From Candidatus Hermodarchaeota archaeon (lineage in GTDB: Archaea; Asgardarchaeota; Lokiarchaeia; Sigyniarchaeales; SOKP01), in NCBI GenBank assembly GCA_048885535.1, contig JBHLLO010000018.1:1-44211 (forward strand): DNA of 44,211 nucleotides. The letters are read 5' to 3'. This document shows positions 39,132-44,211 of the stretch, one piece after another (position 1 is the first letter of the stretch; the number at the start of each line of letters is the position of its first letter). A model generated the notes under the pieces. The model did not search any database. It saw only the letters and a list, made by a program, of their open reading frames with translations, and was not told the DNA's origin. The position numbers and the translations under genes are program-made.

Positions 39132-40625
39132 ATGGAATCTAAAGAGGATCTTTCGTGGAAATTTTTGAAAGACTTAGCAGAAACTTTAGATTCATATAGG
39201 GTAAGAGCTCTAATTGATGCTAAAAATGAAATATTAAATTCGACTGTTTATAATGAGGAACAGTTTTATCAAATATTATTTAAAATGGTTGATAACGAGA
39301 GACTGAAATATTCTCTTTTACGTTATTTAGATAATAAAGAAACACATGATTTTAAATCCTTGAATCTTTTTTCAAAAGAAAATTCTATTGACATTAAAAA
39401 GGTTCTAAGTAATATAGAATTATTAAAAATTGAGGGTTTAATCGAAGTACAATATTCCTCTAAAGAAAATGAACACTCTCATGGATCACCTACCAATCTA
39501 AATATCAAAGATTTATTAATTAAAAGTTTAAATCATAATCCTTCTGAAATTAAATCCATCTATGAACCTGTAAGTGTTATTTTTGATACAAATAACTGTT
39601 CAGGTTGTGGGTTATGTGCAGGAATCTGCCCAGTTAACTGCATAAACGTGTACAATGGATTTGGAAAAATTGAAGAAGACAAATGCATAAAATGCGGAAT
39701 TTGCTATTATTCTTGTCCCAGAACTTATTTACCGGTAAATATTTTAACCATGCCTAAAGAAAGTAGCTCCAAAATTACTTTCTCAAATAAAATTGGTCAA
39801 TATCTTGAAATTTATTCTGCAAGGACAAAAATAAAGGAAATTTCTGAAATATGCCAAGATGGTGGAATTACAAGTACATGCCTCTATTTTTTATTAGATA
39901 CAAAAAAAATCGATTTGGCTTTAGGCGCAAAAATGAGCAATACTCTTTGGCGTCCTGAACCTATGCTAATTAAAACGAAAGACGATGTATTAAAAACTGC
40001 AGGAACTAAATATGTTAATAATCCTACACTCCGCTTGCTAAGCGAATTGAATGAAAATAAGACCCGATTAGCTATTGCGGGAGTACCTTGTATGATGCAA
40101 GCGTTATTGAAATCTCAAACTTATAATATAGGAATTCCCTCACTCAACCAAATACAATTTCGAATCGGTATTTTTTGTATGGAATCCTTTTCATATGAAT
40201 CTTTATTAAAAATTTGTCAAGTTCTAAATGTTAATATTAATGATATGCGAAAAGCCGATATCAATAAAGGTAAATTTTTTGTATATACCAAGCAAGGAGA
40301 AGATTTCTCAATCCCAATTAAAGATATCAATCATTTAGCAAGAGAAGATTGTGAAGTATGCTATGATTTAACTTCAGAATCTGCTGACATTTCAGTTGGC
40401 TCCATTGGTTCGCCTGCAGGTTGGAATACCGTCATAATTAGAACTATTAAAGGAAAAGAATTATTCGATGGATTAGTTAAAGATAAATTGATAGAATATA
40501 AGAATATCAAAGACATTCAACCTGGATTACCAATGATCGAAAAAGTTGCTAATTCAAAAAGAAATAAATGCTTCAAACATATGACTGAAAAAGCTAATAA
40601 GAATGTAAGAACCCCCATTTATTAA
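39132..40625 (+). CDS. Coenzyme F420 hydrogenase/dehydrogenase beta subunit (FrhB/FdhB family) with ferredoxin domain and N-terminal helical/HTH extension
   Basis: CSGCGLCAGICP, CIKCGICYYSCPR, QDGGITS, AGTKY, GVPC, IGIFCMESF, CEVCYDLT..ADISVGSIGSP.GW. Confidence 0.9.
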   Translation: MESKEDLSWKFLKDLAETLDSYRVRALIDAKNEILNSTVYNEEQFYQILFKMVDNERLKYSLLRYLDNKETHDFKSLNLFSKENSIDIKKVLSNIELLKIEGLIEVQYSSKENEHSHGSPTNLNIKDLLIKSLNHNPSEIKSIYEPVSVIFDTNNCSGCGLCAGICPVNCINVYNGFGKIEEDKCIKCGICYYSCPRTYLPVNILTMPKESSSKITFSNKIGQYLEIYSARTKIKEISEICQDGGITSTCLYFLLDTKKIDLALGAKMSNTLWRPEPMLIKTKDDVLKTAGTKYVNNPTLRLLSELNENKTRLAIAGVPCMMQALLKSQTYNIGIPSLNQIQFRIGIFCMESFSYESLLKICQVLNVNINDMRKADINKGKFFVYTKQGEDFSIPIKDINHLAREDCEVCYDLTSESADISVGSIGSPAGWNTVIIRTIKGKELFDGLVKDKLIEYKNIKDIQPGLPMIEKVANSKRNKCFKHMTEKANKNVRTPIY

Positions 40626-40738
40626 GAGTTAATCATATAAGAAATCCGCTTTTAAACTTCTTTCTTCTATTCTAAACCATAAAATTAATATTAAATTTCT
40701 CATTTAAAACTATATCAAAAATAATTTTAAGAGCTATT

Positions 40739-41227
40739 ATGAGTTTTATCTCTCCAGTAAGACCAAAAAATTTCCGAGAAAAGGTTTTTTTCAGAACCTT
40801 AAGAGCTCAAGTCGATGGAAATGCAAAAATTGAGTATGGACTGACTCAAATAAAAGGAGTCGGAAAAAGGCTAGCCCAAGCTATAGTAAAGGTTAGTGAA
40901 ATTAACCCAGCAACACGAATAGGAGCTCTCTCAGAAAAAGAAATCCTTAGAATTGAAGAGATTATATTAAATCCTGTTGAGAATGGCATTCCTTTCTGGA
41001 TGGTTAATCGAAAGAAAGATCTAAGAACTGGCAAAGATATCCATCTAATTGGCAATAAACTAGAACTAGAAAATAAAAAAGACGTTGATAGGATGAAAAA
41101 AATGAAAAGCTACAAAGGAGTCCGACATCACCTAGGTCTAAAGGTAAGAGGTCAAAAAACTAAAAGCACAGGACGACATGGCTTAGTCGTTGGTGTTGTT
41201 CGTAAAAAGAAAGGACAGCAAAAATAA
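40739..41227 (+). CDS. rps13: 30S ribosomal protein S13 (uS13)
   Basis: IKGVG, IPFWMVNRKKD..TG, SYKGVRH.LGLKVRGQKTKSTGR. Confidence 0.95.
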   Translation: MSFISPVRPKNFREKVFFRTLRAQVDGNAKIEYGLTQIKGVGKRLAQAIVKVSEINPATRIGALSEKEILRIEEIILNPVENGIPFWMVNRKKDLRTGKDIHLIGNKLELENKKDVDRMKKMKSYKGVRHHLGLKVRGQKTKSTGRHGLVVGVVRKKKGQQK

Positions 41228-41233
41228 GGTGAT

Positions 41234-41734
41234 ATGATGGGAGACCCGCGACGTTTAAAAAAAAAGTTTAAAAAACCCAAACACCCATTTAATAAACAAA
41301 GAATTATGGAGGAGCTTGAATTTTTAGGAAAATATGGTCTGAGAAATAAAAGAGAATTCTGGAAGATGAGAACAATGCTTGGAAACTGGAGAAAAATCGC
41401 ACGCGAATCTAGAACCTTGTCAAAAGAAAAAGCTGGTGAAGCCCAACAAGAATTACTCAAAAAACTCAATCGATTAGGCGTTTTAGGCGCGGAAGCTGAA
41501 TTTGAAGACATCCTCCTCTTAACAGTAGAAGACATCCTAAAAAGACGACTCCAAACTATCGTCTTTGAAAAAGGACTAGCTCAAACCATATACGAAGCCA
41601 GACAAAAAATCGTCCATAAACACATCCAAATCAGCGACAAAATAATCAACTCCCCCTCATACATCGTAAAAAAAGAAGAAGAAAATCTCATCAGATTTGC
41701 CCCAAGCAGCCCTTACGCTCAAATTAAAGAATAG
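41234..41734 (+). CDS. rps4: 30S ribosomal protein S4 (uS4)
   Basis: [30 protein letters not shown]; start may be the second ATG at 41237. Confidence 0.95.
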   Translation: MMGDPRRLKKKFKKPKHPFNKQRIMEELEFLGKYGLRNKREFWKMRTMLGNWRKIARESRTLSKEKAGEAQQELLKKLNRLGVLGAEAEFEDILLLTVEDILKRRLQTIVFEKGLAQTIYEARQKIVHKHIQISDKIINSPSYIVKKEEENLIRFAPSSPYAQIKE

Positions 41735-41766
41735 TAAATAAAATAACAACAAATGGTGAACCAAAA

Positions 41767-42165
41767 TTGAGTAAAAAAGATGATACCAAATGGGCCATGA
41801 TACACATATTCTCCTCATATAACAATACAATCGTCCACGCAACCGACTTAAGCGGGGCTGAAACCTTTGCTAAATGCTCTGGCGGAATGGTCGTGAAAGC
41901 CGCGCGCGATGAATCTAATCCTTACGCCGCAATGCAATGTGGCTTCCGCGTAGCCAACGAATTACGAGAAAAAGGCATTAAAGGCGTACACATAAAAGTT
42001 CGCGCTCCAGGCGGAAATAAATCGCAAACTCCCGGACCCGGCGCTCAAGCTTGCATCCGAGCTCTCGCACGCTCTGGGCTACAAGTCGGTAGAATAGAAG
42101 AAGTCACACCACGTGCGCACGACCACTGTAGGCGCAAGGGAGGCCACAGGGGCAGACGCGTATAA
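41767..42165 (+). CDS. rps11: 30S ribosomal protein S11 (uS11)
   Basis: [44 protein letters not shown]. Confidence 0.97.
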   Translation: MSKKDDTKWAMIHIFSSYNNTIVHATDLSGAETFAKCSGGMVVKAARDESNPYAAMQCGFRVANELREKGIKGVHIKVRAPGGNKSQTPGPGAQACIRALARSGLQVGRIEEVTPRAHDHCRRKGGHRGRRV

Positions 42166-42174
42166 TTAATCCCC

Positions 42175-42199
42175 TCTGCCAAATTATCAATCTGGCAGA
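42175..42199. terminator. Hairpin between convergent genes (putative terminator or processing site)
   Basis: TCTGCCA...TGGCAGA inverted repeat 10 nt after the rps11 stop, next to an A-run. Confidence 0.4.
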
Positions 42200-42212
42200 A
42201 AAAATACTACAG

Positions 42213-42455
42213 TTATTTCTTATTCTTTTCAAATCTCTTTCTAGGAAACTTACCTCCGTGTTTATAAAAACTAGTATAGTTAGGGAGTGGTCTTACTTCT
42301 TCACTTACCATGGAGGGGTTCCAGATATAATTTTTATCTTGACATTTTGTGTAATACCATGTATCGTGTGATTTAATGTATACCATATCTCTATCATCCT
42401 TTTGGCAGATAGAGCAAACTCTAAGAAATCTATTTTTGGCTTTAATAATACCCAT
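42213..42455 (-). CDS. Small hypothetical protein with partial zinc-finger-like motif
   Basis: 80 aa; CSIC...WYYTKC. Confidence 0.4.
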   Translation of the reverse strand: MGIIKAKNRFLRVCSICQKDDRDMVYIKSHDTWYYTKCQDKNYIWNPSMVSEEVRPLPNYTSFYKHGGKFPRKRFEKNKK

Positions 42456-42573
42456 GGTTCGCGCTATTCAAGGAATTCAAGTGACAAAAATGTGAAATTT
42501 ATATGCTTAAACTTTTTTATTGCTATTTAGAAGAGGAAAAAATCGATAAATTAATTAATGTTTTGATGATAAA

Positions 42574-44031
42574 ATGCCTGATTATATGGCCAAGGTGTTG
42601 TTTCTAGGAGATGCAAGCGCGGAAAAAAGTGCCATAATAAAGCGTTATTGTTATAATATGTTCGACTCGTCAGAAAGACTTACTATTGGCGTTAGTTTTC
42701 ACGTAAAGACAATTGAGCACCAAGGAAGGAGAATTAAATTAGATATATGGGATTTTGGAGGTGAGGAACGGTTTCGATTTCTCTTGCCAGCCTATTGTTT
42801 AGGGGCAAATGGAGCCTTCGTCCTTTATGATATTACAAATTCAAAAACTTTAGAGTCTTTATTTGAATGGATTCAAATCATAAGAGAAAATGCTGGTGAT
42901 ATTCCTATTATGTTAGTTGGAACCAAACTTCATTTACATGCAAACCGAGAAGTTTCTAGAGAAGAAGGAATGTTAATAGCAGAAAAATATAATCTTTCGG
43001 CATTTGCAGAAGTTTCTGCCAAAACCGGACAGAATGTTGAGAAAATATTCAACGATTTTATTGAAATTTTGTTAAATAAAATAAAGGAATATCCGATCAT
43101 TTATGTGAATAAATGTAAAGAAATGTTAAGTAAAGAAATAAAACGAAAATTTGTAGGTCCTAAAAGGAGAGCACTTCTAAAGTTTAAACCAATAACTTCA
43201 AGCTTGGATATTTCTGAAACTCCTTATTCAACCCAATTAGGACTATATAAAAATAACTGGGCACTGCGACTATATGAAGGAAACACTATAATCGATACCT
43301 ATATATTTAAGGATGATGATACAAAAAAACCTCATTACATTGATGTTAGCAAAACTTATAATGCATTAAAATTAACAAAATTTCTTCCTGCATTCACAAA
43401 ACAGTCTTTTCCCGATCAACAGATCATTGTAGGTTGGATTTCATGTAAGATTCCAGATATAAGTCCATATCAAGTAATAGAGGTTGGTCAAAATTTAGTG
43501 AAACAAGCTAAGGATTATTTTAAAAGAAAAAATGAAATTTTAAGGCTAAAAGTTAGAAACAAGATTATGGCAAAACAATTAAGTGAAAAAGTGGAGATTT
43601 TTCGGGAATCAGTAGAGGTTGTAGCAGAAAAGATCGAATACCTCATGAAAATAAATGCTGTGGATGAACTGGTAATTGAAAGAAAATATCTTCCTGAAAT
43701 CTTTAGTCCTGATCTATTAGGTTTCTCTCAAGATGGACTTCCTACACTAAAACCATCCGTATTAAAAGGATTATTTTTAAAAGGTATTTTCACGAGGTTC
43801 TATGATAATGTAGTAAAATTTTTTAAAGGTGAAAATGGGGATATTTATCCGTATCCTTACATTTTTAAACCCCCAGAACCCCCAACAGATTTAGATGCAG
43901 ATCCTCAAGTCCAAGTGAAGATCCCAGAACATAAAGTTTCTAAGAACCTGGTTTATTGTCAATATTGTGGCAAAAAATTCACAGAGGAAGAGCTCCTAAC
44001 ACACAATTGTAGAAAGAAATCTATTAAATAA
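42574..44031 (+). CDS. Rab-like GTPase domain with degenerate G1/G4, fused to a long C-terminal region ending in a C2HC zinc finger
   Basis: GDASAEKS, TIGVSF, IWDFGGEERFR, GTKLH, EVSAKTG; PYIFKPPEPP; CQYC...HNC. Confidence 0.85.
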   Translation: MPDYMAKVLFLGDASAEKSAIIKRYCYNMFDSSERLTIGVSFHVKTIEHQGRRIKLDIWDFGGEERFRFLLPAYCLGANGAFVLYDITNSKTLESLFEWIQIIRENAGDIPIMLVGTKLHLHANREVSREEGMLIAEKYNLSAFAEVSAKTGQNVEKIFNDFIEILLNKIKEYPIIYVNKCKEMLSKEIKRKFVGPKRRALLKFKPITSSLDISETPYSTQLGLYKNNWALRLYEGNTIIDTYIFKDDDTKKPHYIDVSKTYNALKLTKFLPAFTKQSFPDQQIIVGWISCKIPDISPYQVIEVGQNLVKQAKDYFKRKNEILRLKVRNKIMAKQLSEKVEIFRESVEVVAEKIEYLMKINAVDELVIERKYLPEIFSPDLLGFSQDGLPTLKPSVLKGLFLKGIFTRFYDNVVKFFKGENGDIYPYPYIFKPPEPPTDLDADPQVQVKIPEHKVSKNLVYCQYCGKKFTEEELLTHNCRKKSIK

Positions 44032-44113
44032 TGGTCAGAGTGGTCAAATCGAGTACTGCTAATGGTTTAGATATAAAAAAAGAATAAAAATTAAAGGAAC
44101 TTATAAATACACA

Positions 44114-44211
44114 ATGAAACCGATGTTTAATCAGAAATTTAAGCTAAATGCTAAAGAGATTCATGAAAAAGCAATCGTGATCGATGCTCATTCCCATCCA
44201 CTTCTACAATC
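44114..44211 (+). CDS. Partial gene at window end, amidohydrolase/membrane dipeptidase-like
   Basis: Open frame MKPMFNQKFKLNAKEIHEKAIVIDAHSHPLLQ with the IDAHxH metal motif; truncated. Confidence 0.55.
   Translation, partial: MKPMFNQKFKLNAKEIHEKAIVIDAHSHPLLQ

Noticed and set aside
39041-39142. UGA readthrough fusing mvhD to the frhB-like gene
   Set aside because: The two genes are in different frames, and the mvhD frame closes at TAA 39140-39142.
253-41842. Short antisense or overlapping ORFs in the track (e.g. 253..462, 880..1080, 4356..4553, 12617..12916, 14353..14670, 20552..21310, 24151..24351, 37256..37549, 41152..41535)
   Set aside because: They are shadows of well-supported genes on the other strand or frame, with no motifs of their own.
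1-44211. CRISPR arrays, IS elements, integrases, rRNA genes
   Set aside because: No regularly spaced repeats, transposase or integrase motifs, or rRNA-like segments were seen.

Overview
AT-rich archaeal genomic window, most likely Lokiarchaeia (Asgard). Supporting signs are an archaeal histone, eS25, uS13-uS4-uS11, an intron-containing tRNA-Ser(CGA), GGTGA Shine-Dalgarno motifs and many eukaryotic-signature proteins: Rab-like and Arf/Rag-like GTPases, a uDENN/longin-like protein, a ubiquitin-like protein, a gelsolin-domain fusion and a Bud23-like methyltransferase. The top finding is a candidate 30-nt tRNA-type (bulge-helix-bulge) intron at 15021-15050, inside a protein-coding gene starting at 14309. 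It carries an in-frame TAG and splits a CPxCG zinc knuckle. It is flanked by a 13-position exon-exon helix, and its removal restores C-P-M-C-G and a complete C-terminal zinc ribbon. This would be a possible non-spliceosomal mRNA splicing switch in an Asgard archaeon. The window also holds a selenoprotein operon that the ORF track fragments or misses: HdrA with 2 in-frame UGA, MvhD with 2 in-frame UGA, then FrhB-like. Several genes appear to start at ATT/ATA. No CRISPR array, rRNA or mobile element was seen. All family calls come from motif recognition by eye, without database searches.
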